A DNA stretch of 63,068 bases, filler included, from Guillardia theta CCMP2712 (taxonomy: Eukaryota; Protista; Cryptophyta), in NCBI RefSeq assembly GCF_000315625.1. It is 6 parts of 6 records of this genome, joined end to end, with 100 filler letters (N's around TTAATTAATTAA, not from the genome) between each part and the next. Parts side by side here need not be neighbours in the genome. Positions count along the whole stretch, not along the records: positions 1 to 27,088 come from NW_005434441.1; 5 more parts are not named here. The stretch is one strand, 5' to 3'. Each line of letters begins with the position of its first letter. Positions within the stretch are counted from its first letter, which is position 1. Below are positions 1 to 11,240 of this stretch, in pieces. The notes under the pieces were generated by a model. It made no database searches. It saw nothing but the letters and a program-made list of their open reading frames with translations, and was not told the DNA's origin. Both the position numbers and the translations under genes were made by a program.

Positions 1-289
1 CCTCTCCCTCTCCCTCTCCCTCTCCCTCTCCCTCTCCCTCTCCCTCCCCGACTCCTCATCAGAAAAGTTCTTTTTCTGGAGGTCCATCCGCATACCCTCA
101 TCCCCGCTTCATCACCTCCATTTATGGAGACATTCCTCCATCTATAGAGGCAGTCAGAGTCTATCCAAACGGACGATGTGGAATCGAGTAAACTCGAAAC
201 GGTGTGTTTTACAATGACTTCTTGGGATGGTCCTGACCTCTCAATCTGAAACGTCAGAACAATCTCGAGATCCCACTCCTTCGACGGGC

Positions 290-940
290 TCAGCGGCTTC
301 GAGTCCGATCGGGCTCGGACCCGGTCTCAGTGGTCTGTCGCCGCCGCCGGGGACCGTACTGCGCGGCCTCGGCAGTGTGGCCTGACGGCTCTGATGAGAG
401 AGCCGGGCCGGCCGCGCCCCAGGCTGGGCCGCCGCCGGCCCCGCCGGCGGGCCGCGACTGAGGCCCGGCGCGCCCGGCCGGAGGCTCGGACTCCGGGAGC
501 CGCCGCCTGGCAGCAGCACTGCCCGGCCGCAGCCGATCGCCCGGGCCGCCCCGGCCCTCAGCACCGCCGTGCCACCATCAGACCGTACTGGCAGTGGTGG
601 TCACCGCAGTGGTCACTGCTGACTCGCCGAGGCGCCCCCCTTTCAGTTACGGTTGCACTGCATTGTCACCGTCACTGCAGACGGCCCTGCCAGACCGGAC
701 CGGACCTAGCTCAGGCTAGTTCCGAGTTGTCTTTACTCAAAGTTAAGTTAAAAATCAGTACGAGGACCGTACAATCAGACGGCCTAGCTAGTACTCGGAG
801 CCCGCCCAGCTGAGAGGCCGCATGATCCGATCATGATCCGATCACTGCCGCGGGCGAGACTGTCGGACAGCTGGGCCCGGCCCGGGGATCCGTCAGTTGA
901 TGCTTCCGTTGGACCGTGACGTTGCTGGGCGGCCCGATTT
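290..940. other. GC-rich intergenic island (recurrent family) containing CTTTACTCAAAGTTAAGTTAAA
   Basis: Very GC-rich tract of CCGG/GGCC, CAGTG, GTCAC words. Overlapping ORFs are only R/P/A/G low-complexity. Same style recurs at about 5940, 10540, 17750, 27780, 37940 and 49170. Confidence 0.55.
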
Positions 941-1543
941 GATCGCTATCACATCAACCGCCAGGACATTTTCAACTTTTGAATCATGGGTAAATAGGGG
1001 GTGGGTGACATTGGGGGTAGGGTACTTTTTCATGATTGACCAACTGAATCTAGATGTGGGGTAGGGTACTGGATATAAGATCAGCAGGGGGTGGGTTGAG
1101 CGGAGATCCTCTGCACGAAAAATATATTTTTCAAAGTTCTAAATCTGGATATTTGTCGAAAAGATGCTTTTTCATTTCATGTTCAGAAGATGAAGGCGTG
1201 ACTGAGTTTTGGATAAGCAACCTCCCCCTCCGTCGACTCCTTGACTCCCATCGCGCCAATCTCTTGAGACCAACCACTTGCCCCTCCCCCCAGCCTCCAC
1301 GCAGCACAGTCCTGATCTACCCGCCCCCCCCTCCCCCCATCTCCACCTGGCTCCTTCAGGCTTCTTGCTCCTCGCCCTTCCTCTCCCTATCGGCTCTCCT
1401 TCCACCTACTCGCTCCTTCTCCCAACCTCCATTGAGCAGACGTTGCCGATCCTGCTCTCTTTCACGAGGATAGATCCTCTTGCTTCTGTGCTCATAGCCT
1501 GAGCCATCAGGACTCAGGGCATCATTGATTCTCTTCGATATAT

Positions 1544-2368
1544 ATGACATCATCTAAATTCAACCTGTCCCCGCATCCAAGGTTTGAACAGTTGTGGCAA
1601 GGCAAACCACCAGCATTTGAACCAGCCGAAGATATCCCTATTCCTGCCAACAGCGAACTCCTGGCCTCACCTTTCGTGTTTGGACTTGGCTTTAATTCGA
1701 ACACGTTTGAACCTGCCTGCGACATGAATGAAGCCGAAGGGTCCCTGCAGGACGTCGATTCTCCGGAATGTGTCGTGGAGCACTATGAAGAAGATCAAGA
1801 GCTCGCGCCTGCCAACCTGCACCAGCCTCTCTCGTTTGTTTCGTCGGTGATCGATCCCCCATCCATCAGCAGCAACTTGGAGGACATGTCGCTCGCTCCT
1901 GAAAGCTTCAGAGAGTCTGTGTCCTCTGCTCCGTCCAGCTGCCAGTCTCGCCCAACCTACTTCGATGTCCTGGGAGCCGGCAACACAGCCGAATCCCCAG
2001 ACATGGGGCAGGAGGAATCGAGCCTGGGGAGGAAGCGACGAGCAGACGACTCAGCAGCAGCTGGATCATCCAAGAAGCGCAAGCCTGTCGAGTACAAGAT
2101 CTCTTGCAAGGAGGGCGGAGAGTACTGCATGCGCAGGATCCGAATGCCGTGGGAGCCTGAGGAGAATGATGGCTACGTGATGTGCGAGAGGATATTGAGC
2201 AGGCTGAATGATTGTGCAAAGGCTGCAACGACGGGCCTGTCTTACAGTCATCTCTTCTACATAGACGAAGAGCGCGATGAGATCTCGATCAAATCCGACC
2301 ATGAGCTTTGGGTTGCCATCATGCACTTCAAGGAGAAAGACAAGGCCGTGCGTCTCATTGCCAGATAA
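1544..2368 (+). CDS. PB1-domain protein with bipartite NLS
   Basis: 274-aa ORF. C-terminal acidic OPCA motif of PB1 (LFYIDEERDEISIKSDHELWVAI). Bipartite NLS-like RKRR-x9-KKRK. Paralog at 4668. Confidence 0.8.
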   Translation: MTSSKFNLSPHPRFEQLWQGKPPAFEPAEDIPIPANSELLASPFVFGLGFNSNTFEPACDMNEAEGSLQDVDSPECVVEHYEEDQELAPANLHQPLSFVSSVIDPPSISSNLEDMSLAPESFRESVSSAPSSCQSRPTYFDVLGAGNTAESPDMGQEESSLGRKRRADDSAAAGSSKKRKPVEYKISCKEGGEYCMRRIRMPWEPEENDGYVMCERILSRLNDCAKAATTGLSYSHLFYIDEERDEISIKSDHELWVAIMHFKEKDKAVRLIAR

Positions 2369-3920
2369 TCCTCAGACCCCTGAGATTGAACTCGGATTCT
2401 AGATTCTTCTAGATCTTAATATGGAAAGTTTCTTCGTGCTCGTTCTGAAATTCTAGCCTTCGTTGATCCTGAAATACCCTTTCTGATCACTTTCTTACAT
2501 TTTTCAACCTGTGTTGGTGTGTTGGTATAATCAATTGTGCATTAGTAAATTATCGTAAATTGCTGAAAAACATGGCTAGCAATGTCATAATCGATGATTT
2601 TCACTTTCGAAATTAGCATACATCCAGCAGAAATCTCGAGAGCGTCAAAGTGTACGTCTGGCAGGAGAATGCAACAAATACACGAGTGTTCGAAGATTTC
2701 GAAGTTTATTCTTTAAGTTTACTCATGTCAAATCTTCCTCATCAATTTAGAATCCCCCTAGCGATCTCCTTCACATTCACCCCTCGAATGAAACAAGATC
2801 TTTGAACCGTCCTCGAGCTCCACCAACCCATGGCTCCCTTCCCCCTTGTTCCCGCTCCGTCCGACCCGATCCCCGTCGCAGCGCGTCGTTTGGATCTCAA
2901 GAGCCACAAAACGAGATTACTACACATGCTGGAAGTAAAGTAGAGTTTATTACTGTCATAAGTCACTATTAGCAATTGTATAGTTAAATCGCAACGGTTC
3001 GTCATCTCGGTAAAAGCCGACGGCCCGCCCCCAGACAGGGCGTTCCACACCCACACCACGATCAGATTGCGTGAGCATGCTCGTCCGACCTCCTTGTCGT
3101 GCACCCTGTCAACTCCACCTGACTGACAACATGCCGTCAACTCTAACCCTGCCAGAATAGACTCGTGCCAGCATGCATGCCGCGCCGTGAGGATACTCTG
3201 TGACTCTTCGTCGTTGGGTCGTGTTGCTCACTCGGTGAACATCACTGAAACAGCAATATTTTGATGATGAATGCTTCCCTGTTGTGTGCTCAATGAAAAC
3301 AATGGCTTGGATCATCTGAAACACGTCGTTTACTTGAACACATGGTTACATACATCACCTTTTCACAGTAACATACAAAGACTAGAAAACAAACAGAGGT
3401 AAAACGGAAATTCCAACAGGCAAACGTCGCTGCTTTCTGAGAATCAGTGCGTCAAGCTATATACTCTGAAAAACGTGTATTGGAGCTGCAAATCCTGAAT
3501 GGAAGACCCAAACATCGCGGGCATTCGCTTGAAGTGAGGAAGTTCATGCAGTAGTAAAAGCCTTCGTAATTTACCGTTTCATGTTGTTGATGTTCTACAT
3601 GACAGACAGCATCGGGCATACTACATGAGAGAATCATGCAATGTATGTGATGCTGGAATCTCATACAAGTGCAGAATGACCTGCACACGCATCCGATCTT
3701 CATTCTGTCCACACTGCATGTCCCGCAGTTGAACTTGAACGTATCGGTGGAACAAACAGTTGACAGTTGGAAACAAAGAGTGTGTTGTGGTACAAATTGA
3801 CAACTGGAATCTAACTAGGATCACCTATAGATTTAACTTAGATCTTAACCCATTTCTCAAGTTTAACTCTAAAGTTACTAGAAGATCTCGTCAGGGTAGT
3901 GCTCCCACTTTAGTAGTGAT

Positions 3921-3988
3921 GTCAGGGGTGTCTTCGTACTAATTTTAAGCTGAATTTAAGCTAAAATTAGTACGAAGACACCCTTGAC
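3921..3988. repeat. Near-perfect inverted repeat (27-bp arms, 14-nt spacer)
   Basis: GTCAGGGGTGTCTTCGTACTAATTTTA (3921-3947) pairs with TAAAATTAGTACGAAGACACCCTTGAC (3962-3988) with one mismatch. Imperfect pairing extends to about 3900-4003. Confidence 0.9.
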
Positions 3989-4667
3989 CATACTACCAGG
4001 AGCAAGTATAAAATACTATTAAAGACCGCGCACAACTTACAGAGAGTTGTGAGGTCGATTGTTACAATAATAAAGAAAGTTTTGAGTATCATTGAAAATC
4101 TATTCTTGGATTTGAAATTCTTGCTAATGGAAATTTAGTTCTTTTTTGCCTTCCCTCCCATAGCCATACACTCCCTCGCAGCACTCCCTCGCCATTCCAC
4201 TAGCGCTGCTCTGATCCTTGAGATGATGTTCTTGCTTCCTATACGCATTCCCTTTCGCTCTTGTGAGCAGAGAAATGATCTCGAGCATTGCTTCTTGCTT
4301 GGAAGCATTCTTCTTCTATTCTTCTCCTATTCTTCTCCTATTCTTCTCCTTGCATACGTTCTTTTGAGCACACATCCTTGTTTCACCTTTATCAGTTGTC
4401 CTTATACTGACAGCGTCTTGCCACAAACGATTCTGATGTCCTTTCTCGCATTGTCTTTGCATGCAGTGCTCTTACCCCCTTCCCCCCCTCCCTGCCTCCA
4501 GCCCCGTTCCTATCCAAACCACCTATCGTATCCTTCCATCCTACTCATTATCAAATCCTACCCTATTCCATCCACTGGTAAAAGAAGGATCCACTCCCCA
4601 AAATCTCTGTCTGCCATAAATTTCATTGGCTCTGCTGATCATTGCCTCAGGTAAAACCGTGCGTTCT

Positions 4668-5918
4668 ATGAGCGTCATGGAGCACACCGACCACCACCGT
4701 ACCTTCAACCATCAACAGAATCCTCCTTACGAGTTAGGTCCTGCTCACCCTGCCAGCAGCTACTCTGAAAGCTCGCCGCGTGGCCAGCATGAGACTTTCT
4801 CTCATGTTCTGGCCTCACAAGGCTTCCCCCCGGCCCAGTTTCCCCAACATCACTCTAGCCCCAACACGATCAACGATTTTTTTCATGACAGCGTCTACGA
4901 TAGTGCGTCCTCCTGCGTCTCTGGGAGGCCTTCGTATTATGATGTCTTGGGAGGTGGAAAAAGTGGGGAAGCAGAAGCAGCAGCAGCAGCAGCAGCAAAC
5001 GCAGGTGCAGATGGAGCGGGTTGGGAGGGCAGCGCACCTGCATGGCATGAAAGTGTTGAACCAAACATTGGAAATAATCCGGTGCCACGAAGTCATGACG
5101 ATCAATCTTCTTCACAGATCTCATCGTTTCAGAGTCATGCTCCCTCTTCTCAGATCTCATCGTTTCAGAGTCATGCCCCTTCTTCTCAGATCTCATCGTT
5201 TCAGAGTCATGCCCCTTCTTCTCAGATCTCATCGTTTCAGAGTCATGCTCTTTCTTCTCAGATCTCATCGTTTCAGAGCCATAGTCCTTCTTCACAGATC
5301 TCATCGTTTCAGAGTCATGCCCCTTCTTCTCAGATCTCATCGTTTCAGAGTCATGCCCCTTCTTCTCAGATCTCATCGTTTCAGAGTCATGCTCCTTCTT
5401 CTCAGATCTCATCGTTTCAGAGCCATAGTCCTTCTTCTCAGATCTCATCGTTTCAGAGTCATGCTCCTTCTTCTCAGATCTCATCGTTTCAGAGCCATAC
5501 TCCTTCTTCTCAGATCTCATCGTTTCAGAGCCATACTCCTTCTTCACAGATCTCGTCGTTTCAGAGTCATGCTCCTTCTTCTCAGATCTCATCGTTTCAG
5601 AGTCATGCTCCTTCACAGATCTCGTCATCTCGTGCTCAGCAGCACTCCTTTCATGTTAGATGCTTGACGGATGGCTTGGAAGATATACGAACAATCCAGA
5701 TTTTCTCTCGCAGTTTGGAAGGATGTCTCGATTTCTTCGTGGGAAAGGAGCTTCTGCACAAGTTGAATGACAGCAGGATGAGGGGAACAAGGAGGCTGGA
5801 GCGACTGCTGTACATCGACGAAGAGGGTGATGAAGTCGTGATCTTAACTGATCATGAGCTGTGGGTAGCTAGTTTGCACTTTCAGGCCAACGAGCCAATC
5901 CAGCTAATTGCCAAGTGA
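4668..5918 (+). CDS. PB1-domain protein paralog with internal 12-aa tandem repeats
   Basis: C-terminal LLYIDEEGDEVVILTDHELWVASLHF (PB1 OPCA motif). Shares an RP[ST]Y[FY]DVLG motif with the 1544 gene. First ATG is at 4668, after a probable splice acceptor at 4650. Confidence 0.8.
   Translation: MSVMEHTDHHRTFNHQQNPPYELGPAHPASSYSESSPRGQHETFSHVLASQGFPPAQFPQHHSSPNTINDFFHDSVYDSASSCVSGRPSYYDVLGGGKSGEAEAAAAAAANAGADGAGWEGSAPAWHESVEPNIGNNPVPRSHDDQSSSQISSFQSHAPSSQISSFQSHAPSSQISSFQSHAPSSQISSFQSHALSSQISSFQSHSPSSQISSFQSHAPSSQISSFQSHAPSSQISSFQSHAPSSQISSFQSHSPSSQISSFQSHAPSSQISSFQSHTPSSQISSFQSHTPSSQISSFQSHAPSSQISSFQSHAPSQISSSRAQQHSFHVRCLTDGLEDIRTIQIFSRSLEGCLDFFVGKELLHKLNDSRMRGTRRLERLLYIDEEGDEVVILTDHELWVASLHFQANEPIQLIAK
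5109..5627 (+). repeat. Coding minisatellite, 36-bp unit, 14 copies plus a partial (SSQISSFQSH[AST][PL])
   Basis: TCT(C/TC)AGATCTCATCGTTTCAGAG(T/C)CAT... repeated in frame inside the PB1 paralog. Confidence 0.95.
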
Positions 5919-7371
5919 CGGTCACCTAGTTTGCAGGCTAGTCACTAACAGTAACTAGTAGTAAGTTCAACGGTTCCTGCTCCCAGGCTGATAAATTGTA
6001 ACGCACCGTGCACACGGTTGCAGCCTCGGAAGTGACTTTATCGTTCAGAACTTCGAGGGCCAAGTTCACTGCGACCGTGACGGTTTGAAGATGAAAAGGC
6101 TTGTTTCTTTGCGCTGAGTGTCGGTGGCATGGTAGTCGCCCGGCCGGAATCATGCGGCTCCCGGGACCCCCGGCGGCCCGGGGGCCGGGCCAGTCACGGT
6201 GCCGGGACCGGGAGTGCCACAACAATCCATTGGGTTCTCAACTGGATTTTATTCCGTCTCGGCGGGGTCTTTTTCTACCTGGATTTTTCTGAATGAATAG
6301 GTTTTGGATTTCAAAGCGAAAATTTTCCTTGAAATGTTTTACTTCTGTCAAACCACGCCATTTCAAATTGTGGGATCCTGCCAGCACCGTGCCATTTCTG
6401 GAATTTTTAAACGTTGTACAGAATGTACCAATGTTGTACACGGTGTCAGTTTGGGAGACTCACGTTCAAGCAGATCGCGCCCTGTGGGCACCATGTTGTG
6501 AGATGCATACATCAATGTGATGACAAGAACATCTTTTGATGCCAAATTTGACCAGATTTGAATGTATCATGTGGGAAAACGACTGCATTTCCTTTAAGCA
6601 GAGTGTTTTGAGGATGATCATCGGATGCATATCATGTTGCAATAAGAATTTTGTGGAAAGGAAATATTTGAATCTCAGTTCGTTGAGTTGCGTGTAAATG
6701 CAAATATGCTTTGAAGCATTGTGAGCATAGTTGTAACTGTGCATTGACTTGTAATAGTGTAAGGTATGCATTCAAATTTGCATGCTCACGCTATCCAATA
6801 ATTGTGTGACTTTCCTTGTCATACTTGCACTGAAACACCTCAATTCTGATGTGCCAAAGCCCTGATCAGCTGTTTTCACACTTTCAGAAGGGAAACATGA
6901 AAGGAATCGATCAGAGAGGCAACCTTCGAAGACATAAAGGAAATGCTATTCTCCTTATTGCGATGACGGCCTAGCTTCCTGAACCAGAATGCTTCGTCGG
7001 TTGTATATGAAACATATTTCAAGAGACTTGCTGGTGCTTTGCCATGATTGCATTTTTTTAGGCTTCTCCCAACGCATTCCACAACAGTTTGAGTCTTGTG
7101 AAATGCTCTCAACAGCCAGTGGCATGGCGATTGTAACATGTCATTGGAGTTTGAGAGGCTGGGGGAGGAGAGATGAGGGGAGAGGGGAGGGGGGAAGGAG
7201 AGGGGATAGGAGGGGTTGGAAGGAAAAGCGAAGCCTGGGAAGTATTGATATGCTGATCGCGAGAGACTGGGAGATGCCAGAGGAGAGACGGTTTACTCAA
7301 GACCACTAGCGAGGAAGGGAGGAGGGCTTGGAGGAGAGGCGAGGAAGGAGAAAGCTTCGGGTAGAGACGGT

Positions 7372-7545
7372 TTACTCAAGACCACTAGCGAGGAAGGGAT
7401 GCCTCAGAGCCTCCTGTGCAGTCATCCTCGTGCGGGCATCGATATCGAGGCAGCAGCGGTTGAGGAAGTCCCAGATCGCATGTTTCTCCTCCACCACCAG
7501 CCAGCCCTTGCCTCCCGCTTTCGCTCTCAGGGAGCTTGATAAGGT
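7372..7545 (-). CDS. Terminal exon of a Ser/Thr protein kinase (subdomain XI); upstream exons not resolved
   Basis: AIWDFLNRCCLDIDARTRMTAQEALRHPFL* matches the kinase subdomain XI signature (DFL..CL..D...R.TA.EAL.HPF). Confidence 0.55.
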   Translation of the reverse strand, partial: TLSSSLRAKAGGKGWLVVEEKHAIWDFLNRCCLDIDARTRMTAQEALRHPFLASGLE

Positions 7546-7977
7546 CAGGGCATAGCTGAGATGCCGTTCGAATGGTAGCATCCCCAGGCTTCCCGCCACC
7601 ATATCACCCTCATCCTCATCCTCACCCTCATCCTCATCCTCATCCTCATCCTCATCCTCATCCCCATCCTCATCCTCATCCTCATCCTCATCCTCATCCT
7701 CATGATACAACAACAACAACAATACCAACAACAACAACAACAACAATACCAACAACAACAATTTTACTTCAGCGTCGAGCTTGCATTCTTCGATGACATT
7801 TCTGATCTTATCTCTGTACTGACCCGTTTACCCATAGTTGTGCTTCCACTCAGCGTCCATGCTCTTGATGTGCATGCGCAAGCTGCAGTGCTCAGACCAT
7901 ACAGTCAGACCAGCGCACTTACTTACACAATGAGTGTACCAGTAGATCTCCATGACCGCCATGTTGTCATGTACAGA

Positions 7978-8190
7978 CAAACAAACAAACCAACAGTACG
8001 GACAAACGAACAAACAAACAGTACGGACGAACGAACAAACAAACAGCACGGACAAACGAACAAACAAACAGTACGGACAAACGAACAAACGAACAGTACG
8101 GACAAACGAACAAACGAACAGTACGGACAAACAAACAAACGAACAGTATGGACAAACAAACAAACGAACAGCACGGACAAACAAACAAAC
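7978..8190. repeat. 25-bp minisatellite, about 8.5 copies (AAAC[AG]AACAAAC[AG]AACAGTACGGAC)
   Basis: Directly visible tandem units; probably intronic in the minus-strand gene. Confidence 0.9.
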
Positions 8191-10539
8191 CTTCCCTTCA
8201 AATTTCAAAGTGTTAGCAAATTTTTTGGATGTGTGAAATCAGATTGGTTACATGTTATAATCAGACGCAATGGGTCGGGCACGCATGTCGCGCCAACGAT
8301 GATTGTTTCCTGGGGTTGCAACACGCATAAGCCCACAATCAGCTGCGTTGAGAGGCATCGAGACTAGAAGAAATGGAGATAATATGTCCTCCAATGAAAA
8401 CATTGACTTTCAAGATGTGCCACCTTCCAGTTTACATAAACCCCTGTTCTTGAAGATTCAAAGTTCCTTCCTATCTCAACTTCAGAGTTCGATTGAAGTT
8501 CGATGGACAAATAGCACCCTGTGCTTACGGGTTCTTTTAACTCCTGGTTGTTGAATCCGCTATCATGAAGATCACGATGATCTATGCCAGGTTGTTCACA
8601 GGTGCGTTTCCGCTTGGCAACAAATAGCAACGCTTAGCAGATGTGATTGTTTACACATCCTCATTGTCATCCCTATTGTGATCAGTAGAGTTTCAATTGT
8701 CTTTGGTGAAAATTCAAACCTTGTTGCCAACATGATTCATTTAGGATCCTGACACCTCTGTTTCGATTTGCATGCAACATCATTCTATTTGTTTGCATCT
8801 CCTTCTTTTGAAAAGTGTATCTCAGAGTGTTATACGGTCTACTGTGACATCCTCCCGAAGTTCCTCCTGTCCATTGCGTGCTTTGTGTTCTGTGAGCCGC
8901 TACTACCAGGACAGTGCTGCTTCAGAGCTGTTGTATACAAGGGACCACAGTAATCACCATCATGGTGAAGCATCTTTTATTTGTTGGCAAATAAACAATC
9001 TTCAGAAACTGTTATTACGCAGATTCAAGTTTGCATGACTGATACAGCCTTTGCCTACTCTATATATCGCTTGATCCCTGGTATCACAGCCTAGATGTCA
9101 AACATGCAATACTATCTCGGAGTGTGCAAGACACTTTCCTGAAATTGCATGGTTGGAGCAATTGCGAGAAAGGATTTGCAGAGAGAATAAGCATTTGCAC
9201 GGGTTGTCATGAAAGATGCTTCATCAACATCATCGGCAATGCCGCAGTAACACGATGATACGATTCACTGCCGTGATTATCAGCGTAGAAAGGAATCTCA
9301 TATCGACACGTCTGAAGCAAGCATCTGATACAAACGATTATCTTCTTAAAACTCTGAATATCGCCAACCATATCATGTACCTGCCATTGTCCAATCAGCA
9401 CATCTACAGTGTTCCCGATGCAACTCACTGGCCATGTAGGTTTGTGCCACGAAGGATACCGTAGACCATGAGACAGAGAGAAACACAAGGTAGACACTGT
9501 TTCGTATGATGTTTTTGCTTACCATCACAGTTTCAAAATACATGCTGAGATCGGCTGTTGCTATGCCATCTTCTGTCCATTCTGAAATTACACTTGAACA
9601 TTTTGAATGAATCGTCATTGTGCAAGAATTTGAATTTTTGGCTCAGCTTTGACATCATCTTCGGCCTAAGCTAAGTGATCTAAGTGGTCTTAGTGCAATT
9701 TGAGGCAGCGTGGTAATGATAGAGATGTTGCATTGGCTTTATGTTGAGGAAGAGATGTTGAGTTCAAATCTCTTGCTACTTCTTGAATTTCACAGAAGAG
9801 ACCAAGTCATCACAAATAGACAAGTAACCGTATCTTCGTTTCCTGCATACTAATGCATGGTTAGATTCGAAGTCTCACATTGTTCATTATCGTCCTTACG
9901 CGCGTCAATGGGACAATCTCACCATCTCTTGTTCGTCGAGGGAGGGGGGGGCTGGAGTGGAGACAAATGGGGGGACCCCCTACCCATCATTTTCCCATTT
10001 GAAATTCAGAGACTGGGGGGTAGAGGGTGAACCTTGGTCAAATTCGAACCGTAAAACTCGCAACGCTCGAGAGTGTGACCCACCCTACGCGAAAAGGAGG
10101 TTTGGAGTGGAAATAATGGGGTCAAAGGCGTGGCGATTCAAACCCACATCGCGGCCACCCCCTCGAGTATAAGACTCTAGCTCAGGTGGGTGCTGTTTGA
10201 CCACGCGTTCGAATCCTAACGGCAATCGAAGAGATTGCTTTTCAGCGTCAATTCCACTACCAGAATGCCCAAGACTTTTATGATTCTCGCCCACTCCTGA
10301 ATTCAGACTACCTACCCTGACTTCATCTCTTCTGAAACATACGGGTGGTGTAGAGGTGATAGTCGAGGGAGCTCTGCCGGCCCACGGGAAATGCTGATGA
10401 TTGACAGTACAAACTTAGTACGGAGGGGAAAAGGGGATCCTGATACAAAAATCCTTGAACCCGGTAAAACTCAATTATACCTCGGTACAAACAGGCTAGC
10501 CTGGTACAAACAAATCCAGTCGAGAACCCAATGGAATGC

Positions 10540-11240
10540 GGCCCGGGGCGCAATCGAGTCGGAGCCGGGACCCGGCCCCGCCGGGACTCTCGACTCCCGA
10601 GCCTCGGAGTCTGCGCCGCTCAGCGGCTTCATACTATGATCATCGGATAGCGCCACCGGGTCCCGGCCAGAGTCCAGTGGGGCGCGGATCGGACACTGCG
10701 GCGGCCGCCGGCGGCCGCCGGCACTCAGTGCGCCCGGGCCGGGCGGCCGCTCTGAGCCCGGCGGGCTCAGCCCGCTCGGAGCTCAGCGGCAGCGGCTCAC
10801 CACGGTGGCACTGCGGGGGCACCGTCCGTCGGAGGCCGGGGCGGCCGCGTGAGCCGTACTCACTGCTAGCCTGTTTTCAACTTACTATCAGTTAACTTTG
10901 AGTAAAGAAGGGCCAGCACTAGGCTACGGCACCGTACGGTGACGCCGGTACAGTCACTCAGTGTCACGGGCCTGGCAGTGTGCCGCCGGGGCCGGCCGTT
11001 GAACTTCGGAAGGTCCGACCGTCGCCGGCCCGGGCGCACCGGGGGCCGCGCCCGGCCCAAGTTGCCGCCGCGGCGGCGGCGCCGGTCCGTGACCGTCCGA
11101 CTCTCACTGCGGCGGCTGACGCCCTGCCGGGGTCACTCGGCCCTCGGCGGTGACCGCCCCGGGTCTGGCCGGCCGGGCTGGGGTACTGACTAGTCCGGGA
11201 GTCCGCCAGGCGGTCGGTCGGGACTGATGACCGTAGTCCG
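10540..11240. other. GC-rich intergenic island flanked on both sides by GGGTA/TACCC-rich zones
   Basis: Same word composition as the 290-940 island. Carries TTAACTTTGAGTAAAG at 10892-10907, the reverse complement of the motif at 731. Confidence 0.55.

Noticed and set aside
241-813. R/P/A/G-rich ORFs in GC islands and in the rDNA spacers
   Set aside because: Expected from very high GC content; no domain signatures.
4780-5667. Overlapping long ORFs in other frames (4780-5667 +, 4870-5628 -)
   Set aside because: They are open only because the 36-bp repeat unit lacks stop codons in those frames.
6300-7140. Cys-rich fragments (KRCTECTNVVH, IGCISCCNK) suggestive of a PHD-type finger gene
   Set aside because: I could not assemble a consistent exon chain by eye; needs RNA-seq or a profile search.
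7978-8190. Regular repeat as a possible CRISPR array
   Set aside because: Units are head-to-tail with no unique spacers; eukaryotic context and no cas genes.
9704-9780. Possible degenerate tRNA (GGCAGCG...GAGTTCAAATCTC...TGCTACT)
   Set aside because: A T-loop-like motif is present, but the D and anticodon arms do not pair and the acceptor stem is imperfect; unsupported without a covariance-model scan.
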